From the NCBI GenBank assembly GCA_005879805.1, contig VBKL01000048.1, positions 1,310-65,309 of the forward strand: a stretch of 64,000 nucleotides of DNA, given 5' to 3'. Positions 1 through 8,826 of this stretch are shown one piece after another. Position 1 is the first letter of the stretch. The number at the start of each line of letters is the position of its first letter. The notes under the pieces were generated by a model. That model was not told the DNA's origin and searched no databases. It saw nothing but the letters and a program-made list of their open reading frames with translations. The translations under genes and the position numbers were made by a program. Source of the stretch: Deltaproteobacteria bacterium (GTDB lineage: Bacteria; Myxococcota; Myxococcia; Myxococcales; 40CM-4-68-19).

Positions 1-516
1 CCGGCTGCGCGCGAAGAGCCGGGTGAGCCCGGCCTCGTCCGCCGGCACCGCATCCTGGGCACCCGATCTCGGCAGATCGGAAGAATCGGCCGTGCATTCT
101 TCGCTGCGCAAGGGCCGGAATCCGAGCCGCTGGTAGTACGCGGTGCCGATGTCGCTGAAGAGGATCGCCGCATCGGCGCCGCGGGAGGCGTGATCGGCGA
201 TGGCGAGCTCGAGCATCCTTCGCGCATGCCCTCGCCGCCGCAGCACCGGAGGCGTGAAGACCGCGCCGACGCCGAGGATGTTCAAGGGCTTCCCCGCGCA
301 GGTGCCGCGCAGGTCGTAGGCCTTCATGGCCGCGAGCAGCCGGCTGCCTTCGAAGAGCCCGATCAGACGATGCCGCTCGCCCGCCTCGCAGGCCTCGGCC
401 AGGCGGCGCTGGAAAGCGATGAACCGGTCCTCGGAGAGCCCTCCTCCCCAGATGGGGTGGACCCCGCGGAAGTAGGCGTCGCGCTCCGCCCCGGAAAGCT
501 CGCGCAGCTCTTCCAT
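1..516 (-). CDS. GNAT family N-acetyltransferase (3' end runs off window)
   Basis: Manual translation from ATG at 516: MEELRELSG...LGVGAVFTPPVLRRRGHARRML...AAILFSDIGTAYYQRLGF, with GNAT motif A (V.P..RRRG.A) and YxxLGF. Not in the ORF track because it is truncated. Confidence 0.8.
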   Translation of the reverse strand, partial: MEELRELSGAERDAYFRGVHPIWGGGLSEDRFIAFQRRLAEACEAGERHRLIGLFEGSRLLAAMKAYDLRGTCAGKPLNILGVGAVFTPPVLRRRGHARRMLELAIADHASRGADAAILFSDIGTAYYQRLGFRPLRSEECTADSSDLPRSGAQDAVPADEAGLTRLFARSR

Positions 517-556
517 CGCCGCCGTCCGTTCTATCAAAACCGGTGGGGCGTTGTGG

Positions 557-587
557 ATGCTCCGCGCCTTCGCGCTCCGCCCGTCGC
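557..587 (+). repeat. Partial copy of dispersed ~50-bp hairpin repeat
   Basis: ATGCTCCGCGCCTTCGCGCTCCGCCCGTCGC matches the first 31 nt of the 23225 array unit at 30/31 positions. Confidence 0.85.
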
Positions 588-602
588 TGTCGCTCGCTGC
601 CC

Positions 603-1073
603 ATGGTCGTGTACGTTGCACTGGTGAATCCGCTCGAGCACGTACGGATCTTCTCGCTGCGGGAGGCGAACGCGCTGGTGCCCCGGCTGCAAGAGCAATT
701 CGAGCAGATCCGCGAGCTGCGCTCGGAGCTTCTCGCCGTCGAAGGCCAGCTGGCCTCGCTGGGTCACCCGATTTCCGAGCCCCACGAGGTCGATCCGCGA
801 GCCCCCGCCGCGGTGCAGCGACTGCAGCGGGTGGCGAAAGACCTCTTTGGCCAGATCGTCGGGATCCTGGGCGGGCTCGGCGAGCTGGGCATCGAGGTCA
901 AAGCGGCCGACGGCCTCGCCGATTTCCGCAGCCGCCTGCACGGCCGCACCGTCTATCTCTGCTGGCGGTTCGGCGAAGAGGCCATCACGCACTACCACGA
1001 GCTGCACGGCGGGTTCGCCGGCCGCCGCCCGCTCCCCGCGGACGGCGACTTCGTCGGCGACCTGTTGCAATGA
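603..1073 (+). CDS. DUF2203-family protein
   Basis: FSLREANALVP start, coiled coil, then GIEVK..DGLADF...VYLCWRFGE..ITHYH....GFAGRRPL. Start codon uncertain. Confidence 0.8.
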   Translation: MVVYVALVNPLEHVRIFSLREANALVPRLQEQFEQIRELRSELLAVEGQLASLGHPISEPHEVDPRAPAAVQRLQRVAKDLFGQIVGILGGLGELGIEVKAADGLADFRSRLHGRTVYLCWRFGEEAITHYHELHGGFAGRRPLPADGDFVGDLLQ

Positions 1074-1077
1074 CCGC

Positions 1078-1506
1078 TCAGTAGGAGATCGAGAGCGACA
1101 GCGATACGCAGTTCCCGCCAATCTTCTCGAATCCCGCAATGCAGGTGAAGTCGCACGAGCCGAAGACGCAGATCGGCGAACCGCCCGGAGGCGCGCCGCA
1201 CTGCGCGCAGGTCGGTCCGCAGCTGCTCTCGTCCTGCGGGACGCAGTCCTGTCCGCAACTGTGGAATCCGGCCGCTCCGCACCGGAAAGTGCATCTGCCT
1301 CTGAGACAACCCGCTACGAAGCCGGGGGGTATACCCGCGGTGCAGTCTTCGCAGACCTTCACCCCGCAATCTTCGGGGGTGTTGGTGCACGGGCCGTCGA
1401 CCACGATCGCGTGAGCGGTCCGTTCTCCGGGCGGAGCGACCTCGTTCGAGCCGCTTCCGCAGCCGAGCGAGACGAGCACCAAAGCCGTCGCAACCAGTTT
1501 CGCCAT
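1078..1506 (-). CDS. Cys-rich putative lipoprotein
   Basis: Signal peptide with lipobox-like SLGC, followed by many Cys in repeated CG..C..C / C..G.C.F.C patterns. Confidence 0.65.
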   Translation of the reverse strand: MAKLVATALVLVSLGCGSGSNEVAPPGERTAHAIVVDGPCTNTPEDCGVKVCEDCTAGIPPGFVAGCLRGRCTFRCGAAGFHSCGQDCVPQDESSCGPTCAQCGAPPGGSPICVFGSCDFTCIAGFEKIGGNCVSLSLSISY

Positions 1507-1532
1507 GGAAATCCCCCGTTCTTCGCGGCCGC

Positions 1533-2420
1533 TCAGAAGCTCGCCTCGCAGCTCACCTGGAGGCAGAAGGTCGCGCCAAGGAAGGCCGCTTGTGTCGACA
1601 CGACGGGCCAGACGACGGCGCCGGGAGCGACTGTGACATTCGGGAGATCGCTATCGACCCGCGTGCCGCTCGCCCAGGCGACGTCGGCAAACAGCGGTCC
1701 GGCCGAGGTGGAGAAGGAGAACGTCACGTTCGGCGCCTCGCGCGCGGAAGCGAAAGCACGGGTAGCGATGCAGGACCGCAGGTCAGGCGATACGGGAATG
1801 GTCGGCGGCGAGGCGAACGCAGACGCCGCGGCAAGGTAGACGCAGAGGTTGCGCGTGATTCGCGGCGTCGCCGTTCCTGTGCCACCCTTGGCGAGAGGCA
1901 AGAGAGGTACCCATGCCGAATCCAGCGTCCCGGAGAGTCCGGCCATGGGAATCCGATCCGCGGCCGCCTCATAGGAGGCGATCTCGTCGCCGCCGCCCTT
2001 CATGTGCGTCTGCGCGTGGGCCGCAGGCGTCGCGAGTAGCGCGTAAGGCGCGCTCGCCAGCGGCGTCCGCGGCGCCATCTCCGGATCGGAGCCGGCCGTG
2101 ATCCCCAGCCACAGTTGCCGGCCATCGACGACGGCTGCGAGAGACACCTGGCTCGACGCCGTTGCGCCGCCCGAGGAATCGCCCAGCACCACGTCGAAGA
2201 AGCCGTCCGACGGGTCCACGGAATGCTGCTCGGACCAGAGCGGCGCCCCGGCCGACGCAGTTTCGTAGAGTGCAAAGGTGATGGTCAGGGTCTGGTTGAC
2301 GGGCGACCCGTCCGCCTTGAGCAGCCGCCCCTGGTAGATCAGTTGCGCAGGTACGCCGCTCGCGAACGTTCCCGATGAAGCGAGCAGAGCGGCAGCGAGG
2401 ACTCGAACCGAAAAGCTCAT
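1533..2420 (-). CDS. Secreted protein with YQGRL N-terminal domain and tail-fibre-like motifs
   Basis: ATG 2420 (MSFSVRVLAAALLA, signal peptide); VPAQLIYQGRL..DGSP...ITFALY...LWSE...PR.PLASAPYAL; HAQTHMKGGGDEI and LPLAKGGTG motifs. Confidence 0.7.
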   Translation of the reverse strand: MSFSVRVLAAALLASSGTFASGVPAQLIYQGRLLKADGSPVNQTLTITFALYETASAGAPLWSEQHSVDPSDGFFDVVLGDSSGGATASSQVSLAAVVDGRQLWLGITAGSDPEMAPRTPLASAPYALLATPAAHAQTHMKGGGDEIASYEAAADRIPMAGLSGTLDSAWVPLLPLAKGGTGTATPRITRNLCVYLAAASAFASPPTIPVSPDLRSCIATRAFASAREAPNVTFSFSTSAGPLFADVAWASGTRVDSDLPNVTVAPGAVVWPVVSTQAAFLGATFCLQVSCEASF

Positions 2421-2421
2421 T

Positions 2422-2757
2422 TCAGCGCCCTTTCGTTTGCAACGAGACGCCATCCAGCGTCCGGTGCGTGGGGGATTGCGCAATCCAGGAAAGCTTGGAG
2501 GACCCGATCCAGCCGACCATCGAATAGGAGCGGGAGTGCATGAGGCCGCCGCCGCTCGAGAACGCGCCGACGACCTGCACCGGAGCGCGGCCGACGTCGG
2601 CGTCGCCCGGTTTCCAGCAGCGCCGGTCGGGAGCGCACTGGAAGCCCGAAGGGCAACGCCCGTCGGCCGAGCACGCCATCTGGCCGCTGCGGAGGTTCGG
2701 GTCGTAGCATGCCGCGCATAGGCCCAAGGCAAGCGCCGCGAGAAGGGTCCGCTTCAT
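2422..2757 (-). CDS. Small Cys-rich lipoprotein
   Basis: MKRTLLAALALGLCAAC lipobox; C.ADGRCPSGFQC....RC motif; ATGA overlap with the upstream TPR gene stop. Confidence 0.7.
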   Translation of the reverse strand: MKRTLLAALALGLCAACYDPNLRSGQMACSADGRCPSGFQCAPDRRCWKPGDADVGRAPVQVVGAFSSGGGLMHSRSYSMVGWIGSSKLSWIAQSPTHRTLDGVSLQTKGR

Positions 2758-3569
2758 CGCGCGACCTCGCCGGAAGGGACCGCTTCGATCAGGGGCCGCG
2801 AGGCCGCCCGGAAGAGGAGACCGCCCGCGCCGAATCCGACGGCAGCCGAGGCGAGCAGGATCCTCGAGAGCGTCTGTGCCTTCTGCCCCTTCGCATCGAG
2901 GCCCGGGTCGAAGGGACGGCCCGCGGCAGCGTCGCCTTGCATCTGAGCCGCCGCGCCGCGCGCCTCGAGGCCGAAGTAGACGGCGAACGCGAGGGAGGCG
3001 GCGGCGGCCCCCGTCGCGATCCACCCCGCCCGGCGGGTCGTCCAGAACGGAGCTGTCGCCTTCGCCGCCACCGCTTCGGGGGGCGCGGCGCGCAGGGCAG
3101 GTGCGGCCGCCGGAGCCACGAGAGCGGGCGTGCGCGGCATGGCCGCGATCGACGGCGCGCCGGGCGGCGGTGGAGGCGCCTCGGCGAGCGCTGGATTCTT
3201 CACCTTGCGCTCTTCGAGGATCGAGGCCAGCCGCTCGATCTTCGACTCCGCCTCGGCGCGATTCGCGGCGTCAGGCTTCCGCTCGAGATACGTCCGGTAG
3301 TAGCGAACCGCCTCTTCCGGACGGTTGGAGAGCCGGTACGCCTGGGCGATGTTGTAGAGGAGCCCGGGCGCGTCCTTGTAGCGGTAAGCCGCTTCGAACT
3401 CGGCGATGGCCTCGTCGTACTTGCCGAGGTCGAAGGCGCGCAGGCCCACCGCGTAGTGCTCGCGCGCCTTGCCCGCGTCTTCGCCGCGCGCCGCCGACGC
3501 GCATACGAAACCCGCGCCGAGCGCCACCGCGAACAGCCGCCGGAACCGGAAGGAACGGAAACGCTGCAC
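2754..3569 (-). CDS. Tetratricopeptide-repeat protein with signal peptide and C-terminal hydrophobic helices
   Basis: AREHY..G...FDLGKYDEAIAEFEAAY...LLYNIAQAYR...EEAVRYYRTYL TPR motifs, Pro/Ala linker, C-terminal TM-like segments. Confidence 0.8.
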   Translation of the reverse strand: MQRFRSFRFRRLFAVALGAGFVCASAARGEDAGKAREHYAVGLRAFDLGKYDEAIAEFEAAYRYKDAPGLLYNIAQAYRLSNRPEEAVRYYRTYLERKPDAANRAEAESKIERLASILEERKVKNPALAEAPPPPPGAPSIAAMPRTPALVAPAAAPALRAAPPEAVAAKATAPFWTTRRAGWIATGAAAASLAFAVYFGLEARGAAAQMQGDAAAGRPFDPGLDAKGQKAQTLSRILLASAAVGFGAGGLLFRAASRPLIEAVPSGEVAR

Positions 3570-3736
3570 GATGCCCCCTTTCGTCTCGCGACGGATCCGC
3601 CAGGGCCGGCAGACGCGCGATGACGAGACCCGGGAAGCTTGCCGGGGCGGAGTGGCACGGCACAGCGGTCAAGTGACGGAGCGCACACCGTCAGGTGGCG
3701 GATGCCGGGACCTCGAAAGACGGCGGCTGGGAAGCG

Positions 3737-4120
3737 CTACCGGCGGACCGCGATCATCTCGATCTCTACCCGCGCCCCCTTGGGCAGCGCGGCGACCTGC
3801 ACCGTCGAGCGCGCGGGCGGCGAGCCGCTGAAGCGCTTGCCGTAGACCTCGTTGACGACCGCGAAATCGGCGAGGTCGGCGAGGAAGATGGTGGTCTTCA
3901 CCACCTGGGCGAAGGAGGCAGAAGCGGCCTCGAGCACGCCGCGCAGGTTCTCCATCACCCGTTCGGCCTGCGCGCGGATGTCGCCCTTCACCATCTCCTG
4001 CGTCTTGGGATCGAGCGGAATCTGCCCGCTCGTGAAGACGAGATCGCCGGACACGATCGCCTGCGAGTAGGGTCCGATGGCCTTCGGGGCCTCGTCCGTC
4101 GCGATCACCTGGTTCGCCAT
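3737..4120 (-). CDS. ridA: RidA/YjgF family reactive imine deaminase
   Basis: APKAIGPYSQA, SGQIPLDP, PPARSTVQVAALPKGARVEIE motifs. Confidence 0.95.
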   Translation of the reverse strand: MANQVIATDEAPKAIGPYSQAIVSGDLVFTSGQIPLDPKTQEMVKGDIRAQAERVMENLRGVLEAASASFAQVVKTTIFLADLADFAVVNEVYGKRFSGSPPARSTVQVAALPKGARVEIEMIAVRR

Positions 4121-4170
4121 GGGCGCGCGGGATACCGGACGGCCCGCGGCGGGTCAAGCACGGAGCGCTC

Positions 4171-6351
4171 TTAAACGCGCTCGACGGAATGTACGCCGGG
4201 GATGGCGCCGATGGCGCGCAGCACGTCGTTCAGCTGCTTCACGTCGACGATCTCGATCTCGAAGGTGGAGATGGCGCCCTTCTCGCCGTTCGAGCGGGCG
4301 TTGGCCTGCAGGATGTTCACGCCCACGTCGGCGAAGGTCTCGCTCATGCGCGCGAGCAGGCCCTTGCGGTCGTCGGAGCGGACGCGGAGGTTCACCGCGC
4401 GCTTGAATTCGCCGTGCACGTCCCAGGTCACGTCCACCCGCCGCTCGGGATCCGTCTCCAGCGCCTTCTTGCACGCGCGGGTGTGGACGGTGACGCCGCG
4501 GCCTCGGGTGATGAAGCCGGTGATCTGGTCTCCCGGCACTGGATTGCAGCACTTGGCGTAGCGCACCAGCACGTCGTCGACGCCTCCGATGCGCACGCCG
4601 CCGCCCGCGCGATTGCGCTGGGCGACGCGGCGGAACAGCTCGGTGAGCCGGCTCGGATGCCCGTTGGCGGCGCTGTCGCCGTCCTGCTGCGGCTTCTTCT
4701 CGGCGAGCTTTTCCGGCGGCAGGAGGCGCTGCAAGACGCTCGCGGGAGAGAGCTTTCCGTACCCGACCGCGGACACCAGATCTTCGGACCGGGCGTGGCC
4801 GTATTCGTTCGCCACCTTCTGGAAGTCGGAAGTCTTCACCATCTTCGAGAAGGTGAGGTCGAAGCGGCGGAACTCGCGCTCGAGCAGATCGCGTCCGATC
4901 TCCAGCGACCGCTCGCGCTGCTGCATCTTGATGAAGTTGCGGATCTTCGCCTGCGCCCGGCTGGTCTTCACGAACGCGAGCCAGTCCTTGTTGGGCCGGA
5001 CGCTCGCGGCGGTGAGGATTTCCACCGAGTCGCCGTTCTTCAGCTTGTAGCGCAGCGGCACGATCTTGCCGTTGACCTTCGCCCCCTGGCAGTGGGCGCC
5101 TACCTCGGAATGGATGGCGTAGGCGAAGTCGATGGGACAGCTCCCCTGGGGGAGGCTGCGCACGTCGCCTTTGGGCGTGAAGCAGAACACTTCGTCGGTG
5201 AAGAGATCGACCTTCACCGTCTCGAGGAACTCGCGGGGGTCCTTGAGGTCCTGCTGCCACTCCATGAGCTGCCGCAGCCAGGCGAACTTCTGCTCGTCCT
5301 TGGCGCTCCGCCCTTCCTTGTACGCCCAGTGCGCCGCGATCCCCTCTTCCGCCACCTGGTGCATCTCCTCGGTGCGCATCTGGATCTCGATGCGCTCGCC
5401 GGTAGGCCCGATCACCGTGGTGTGCAGCGACTGGTACATGTTCGGCTTCGGGATCGCGATGTAGTCCTTGAAGCGTCCCGGCACCGGCTTCCAGAGGGAG
5501 TGGATGAGGCCGAGCGCTTCGTAGCAGGCGGGGACCGACTTCAGGATCAAGCGGAAGGCGACGATGTCGTGGACCTCGGAGACCGAGTTGAGGTCGTTCT
5601 TCCGCATCTTCTTCCAGATGGAATAGATGTGCTTCGGACGCCCCTGCACGGAAGCCTCGAGGCCCGCCTCCTCGAGCTTGGTCTTGAGGAGCTGCACCAC
5701 GTCTCCGATGAACTTGGCCCGATCCCTCTGCGTCTGCGCGACCTGCTGCTCGACGTCGGAAAAGTCCCGCGGCTGCAGGTAGCGGAAGGCGAGGTCCTCG
5801 AGCTCGATCTTGATCCACTGGATGCCGAGCCGGTTGGCGAGCGGCGCGTAGATGTCGAGAGTCTCCTGCGCGATGCGGTTCTGCGCCTCGGCCTTCATGT
5901 GCTCGAGGGTCCGCATGTTGTGGGTCCGGTCGGCGAGCTTGACGAGGATGACGCGAATGTCCTTCGCCATCGCGACCAGCATCTTGCGGAAGTTCTCGGC
6001 CTGCTTCTCCTCCTGCGTGGTGGGCCCGTGGGAGAAGGTTCCCAGCTTGGTCACTCCCTCGACGAGCGAAAGGACTTCGTCCCCGAACAGCTCGCGGATC
6101 TCGGCGGGGGTCGCGAGCGTGTCCTCGATGGTGTCGTGGAGGAGCCCGGCGACGATGCTGGCCTCGTCGAGCTTCAGTTCGGCGAGCAGCCCGGCCACCT
6201 CGAGCGGATGGATGAGATAAGGCTCTCCCGACTTCCGTACCTGGCCCTGATGGACCTTGGCGCTGTAGACGTAGGCCTTCTTGATGAGGTCCAGGTCTGC
6301 GTCAGGGCGGTACTGAGCGACGCGCTCCAGAATGTCGTTCAGCCGGATCAT
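4171..6351 (-). CDS. rel: Bifunctional (p)ppGpp synthetase/hydrolase (long RSH)
   Basis: Intact HD motif (LHDTIED), RxKD synthetase motif (GRFKDYIA), YQSLHT, TGS, CC zinc and ACT domains. Start placed at ATG 6351 (MIRLNDIL). Confidence 0.95.
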   Translation of the reverse strand: MIRLNDILERVAQYRPDADLDLIKKAYVYSAKVHQGQVRKSGEPYLIHPLEVAGLLAELKLDEASIVAGLLHDTIEDTLATPAEIRELFGDEVLSLVEGVTKLGTFSHGPTTQEEKQAENFRKMLVAMAKDIRVILVKLADRTHNMRTLEHMKAEAQNRIAQETLDIYAPLANRLGIQWIKIELEDLAFRYLQPRDFSDVEQQVAQTQRDRAKFIGDVVQLLKTKLEEAGLEASVQGRPKHIYSIWKKMRKNDLNSVSEVHDIVAFRLILKSVPACYEALGLIHSLWKPVPGRFKDYIAIPKPNMYQSLHTTVIGPTGERIEIQMRTEEMHQVAEEGIAAHWAYKEGRSAKDEQKFAWLRQLMEWQQDLKDPREFLETVKVDLFTDEVFCFTPKGDVRSLPQGSCPIDFAYAIHSEVGAHCQGAKVNGKIVPLRYKLKNGDSVEILTAASVRPNKDWLAFVKTSRAQAKIRNFIKMQQRERSLEIGRDLLEREFRRFDLTFSKMVKTSDFQKVANEYGHARSEDLVSAVGYGKLSPASVLQRLLPPEKLAEKKPQQDGDSAANGHPSRLTELFRRVAQRNRAGGGVRIGGVDDVLVRYAKCCNPVPGDQITGFITRGRGVTVHTRACKKALETDPERRVDVTWDVHGEFKRAVNLRVRSDDRKGLLARMSETFADVGVNILQANARSNGEKGAISTFEIEIVDVKQLNDVLRAIGAIPGVHSVERV

Positions 6352-6503
6352 CGCGCTGCGTAAGAAGGAGAGCGTAGCCCACGGCGGGGCGGTCAGCAAA
6401 CGAGCCACGTCCTCATTTGACGCGTCGCAATGCCGCGGGATTCAAGCTTGCAGGCCGATTTGACCCCGGATTGGGCCGCCTCTACACTCCGCGCCCCATT
6501 CCG

Positions 6504-7421
6504 ATGGCCGACGCAGCGACGAAGGCGTGCGAGCGCTGCAAGACGCAGAATCCCGCCGGGGCGAACTTCTGTTTCCACTGCGGCTGGCCCTTCGGCCGCG
6601 AGCCCTTGGCTCCGCCGCCGGTGGCCGAGCCGCAGGATCCGTTCGCAGACTGGTCGGACGCCACCGAGCGCGTCGACCTCGACAACGAGCAAGCGCGCGA
6701 GGACATCCGGGCCCGCCTTGCGGAGCTCGCGCAGGAAGCGGAGGAGTCGGAGCCGCCTCCTCCCCCCGAGGACCAGGCTCCGTTCCCGGCCCGGCTCTAC
6801 ATCGAGGAAGGTCCCGGGTCGGGGACCACCTTCCCGCTCCGCAGCCGCGAGACGCTCCTCGGGGCCAAGGCAGAGGTCGATCTCTCGGCCGATCCCTTCG
6901 TCGGCGCGCGCGCCGGCCTGCTCACTTTCGAGGAGGACCGGCTCTACGTCCGGGACGACGGCTCGGTGAATGGCGTCTACTTCAAGCTGCGCGAACCCGC
7001 CCGGTTGCGCCGCGGCGATCACTTCATCGCGGGCGAGCGCGTCGTCCGGTACGACGGAGCGGTCAATTTCTCAGCCGACGTTCCGGCCCCGGGGTTCCTC
7101 GGCGCCGCCCGGCCCGAGGGCCCCGTCCTCCGCGTCACGGAGCTTTTGCGCGGAGGAGCGACGGGACGCATCTGCTACCGGAAGGGACCGGTCATCTCCG
7201 TCGGGCGCTCCGGTTGCGACCTCAATTTCCCGACCGACCAGCGGATCTCCGCCAAGCACGCCGAGATCCGTGTCGGCCCCGACGGAACGGTGACGCTGGC
7301 CGATCTGGGATCGGCCCGTTCCGGCGTCCTCTTGCGGCTGCGCCCCAACGAGCCGCTGCAGCTCTTCGACGGAGACGTGCTCCAGCTCGGAGCGGTGCTG
7401 CTGCGGGTGAAGTTCTCTTGA
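6504..7421 (+). CDS. Zinc-ribbon plus tandem FHA domain protein
   Basis: CERC...FCFHCG zinc ribbon; two FHA-like domains, the second with VGR...ISAKHA..DLGS. Confidence 0.8.
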   Translation: MADAATKACERCKTQNPAGANFCFHCGWPFGREPLAPPPVAEPQDPFADWSDATERVDLDNEQAREDIRARLAELAQEAEESEPPPPPEDQAPFPARLYIEEGPGSGTTFPLRSRETLLGAKAEVDLSADPFVGARAGLLTFEEDRLYVRDDGSVNGVYFKLREPARLRRGDHFIAGERVVRYDGAVNFSADVPAPGFLGAARPEGPVLRVTELLRGGATGRICYRKGPVISVGRSGCDLNFPTDQRISAKHAEIRVGPDGTVTLADLGSARSGVLLRLRPNEPLQLFDGDVLQLGAVLLRVKFS

Positions 7422-7428
7422 AAGAGGT

Positions 7429-8496
7429 CTAGGCCGGTTCCTGCTGCGTCATGCAGTGGACCGCGCCGAGTCCCCAGACCAGGTCCACGGAGTGGATTCC
7501 GACCACCCGCCTGTCCGGGAAAGCCTGCCCGAGCACTTCGAGGGCGCGGCGATCGTGGGCGTCGTTGAAGGTCGGGACCAGCACGACTTCGTTGCCCACG
7601 TAGAAGTTCGCGTAGCTCGCGGCGAGCCTCTGCCCCTCGAAATAGAGGGGCGAAGGCATGGGGAGCGGAACCACGTGGAGCGGATGGCCGTCCTGGTCCT
7701 TGGCCAGTTCCAGGCGGCGCCGCGCGTCGCGGAGCCGCTCGTGGTTCTCGTCGCGAGGATCGTCCTCCTGCGAGACCAGCACCGTGCGGGGACCGGCGAA
7801 GCGGGCGACGTCGTCGACGCGCCCGTGCGTGTCGTCGCCGGCGATGCCTTCGGCGAGCCAGAGGATGTGGCGGGCGCCGAGGCTCTCCCGCAGGACGTCC
7901 TCGATCTGCTCGCGAGAGAGATCGGGATTGCGCGCCTGCACCGGCGAGAGCAGCGACTCCTCGGTGGCGAGGAGCATTCCCCGTCCGTTCACGTCGATTG
8001 CGCCCCCTTCGAGGACGACGCGCTTCCCCTCCACCTCGGGGAACGCCTGCGGCAAGCCGAGCGCCTTGGCGAGGCGGTCGCCGGCGGCGGCGTCGTTCTT
8101 GTGGTTGCGGTACTTCGACCAGCCGTTGAAACGGAAGCTGAGCAGCACCGTGCCGCCGTCGCTCTTGTGCAAGAAGAGCGGCAGCGAGTCCCTCGTCCAG
8201 GAGCGGTCGGTGCGGATCTTGAAGAAATCGATGCGCGCGAGATCGACGCCGGTCCGCTCCAGCAACTGCCGCGCGGAGCGCTCGGAGGTGGCGTCGTTGA
8301 CCAGGATGCGGACCCGCTCGCCGACCGAGAGGTGGCGGACCACCTCTGCGAAGACCCAGGGAATGGGAGCGAACTTGCGGGGCCAGTCCGCGACCTGGTG
8401 CGGCCAGGCGATCCAGGTGGCCGCGTGGGCTTCCCATTCCGCCGGCATGCGGTACCCGCGCAGTGCAGGCTGGGGGATGGCGCGGGCTGGTCTCAA
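7429..8496 (-). CDS. aguA: Agmatine deiminase family protein (catalytic His apparently replaced by Arg)
   Basis: MPAEWE.H, WTRD, FNGW, LEGGAIDVNG, ASYANFY, GAVHCMTQQEP. TTG start at 8496 follows an AGGAG RBS. Confidence 0.9.
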   Translation of the reverse strand: MRPARAIPQPALRGYRMPAEWEAHAATWIAWPHQVADWPRKFAPIPWVFAEVVRHLSVGERVRILVNDATSERSARQLLERTGVDLARIDFFKIRTDRSWTRDSLPLFLHKSDGGTVLLSFRFNGWSKYRNHKNDAAAGDRLAKALGLPQAFPEVEGKRVVLEGGAIDVNGRGMLLATEESLLSPVQARNPDLSREQIEDVLRESLGARHILWLAEGIAGDDTHGRVDDVARFAGPRTVLVSQEDDPRDENHERLRDARRRLELAKDQDGHPLHVVPLPMPSPLYFEGQRLAASYANFYVGNEVVLVPTFNDAHDRRALEVLGQAFPDRRVVGIHSVDLVWGLGAVHCMTQQEPA

Positions 8497-8535
8497 ACGG
8501 CGAGTCTCCTGATCGCGTCCGGAAGGACGCCGGGG

Positions 8536-8633
8536 AAGGAGCGGGCTTTGTCCGCGACGGGCAGAGCCCGAAGGGTGGAGCGTCGGGAGGAGCGGGCTTT
8601 GCCCGCGACGGGCGGAGCCCGAAGGGCGGAGCA
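8536..8633 (-). repeat. Two tandem copies (51-bp period) of the dispersed hairpin repeat, inverted orientation
   Basis: GGAGCGGGCTTTG(T/C)CCGCGACGGGC(A/G)GAGCCCGAAGGG(T/C)GGAGC at 8538 and 8589 is a reverse-complement variant of the 53-bp unit. Confidence 0.9.
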
Positions 8634-8826
8634 CCGGTGGTGACTGCACACGAAAGAACCTCCCCCCGAGTGGAGCCTTCTAGCGGGCGCCATCGTGGAG
8701 CGCACCGTCGCAAAGCGGGAGCGCCGCTGTCAACCGGAAGCGATGGGAATGCAACGCGGCTCCGCACACAACTGTAACGGCGCGGCGAACGACTCGCAAC
8801 GATTCGAAATTACTATTGAATTATCG

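Noticed and set aside
1533-2420. Prophage remnant
   Set aside because: Only short fibre-like motifs occur, on a signal-peptide protein; there is no integrase, terminase or capsid gene nearby.
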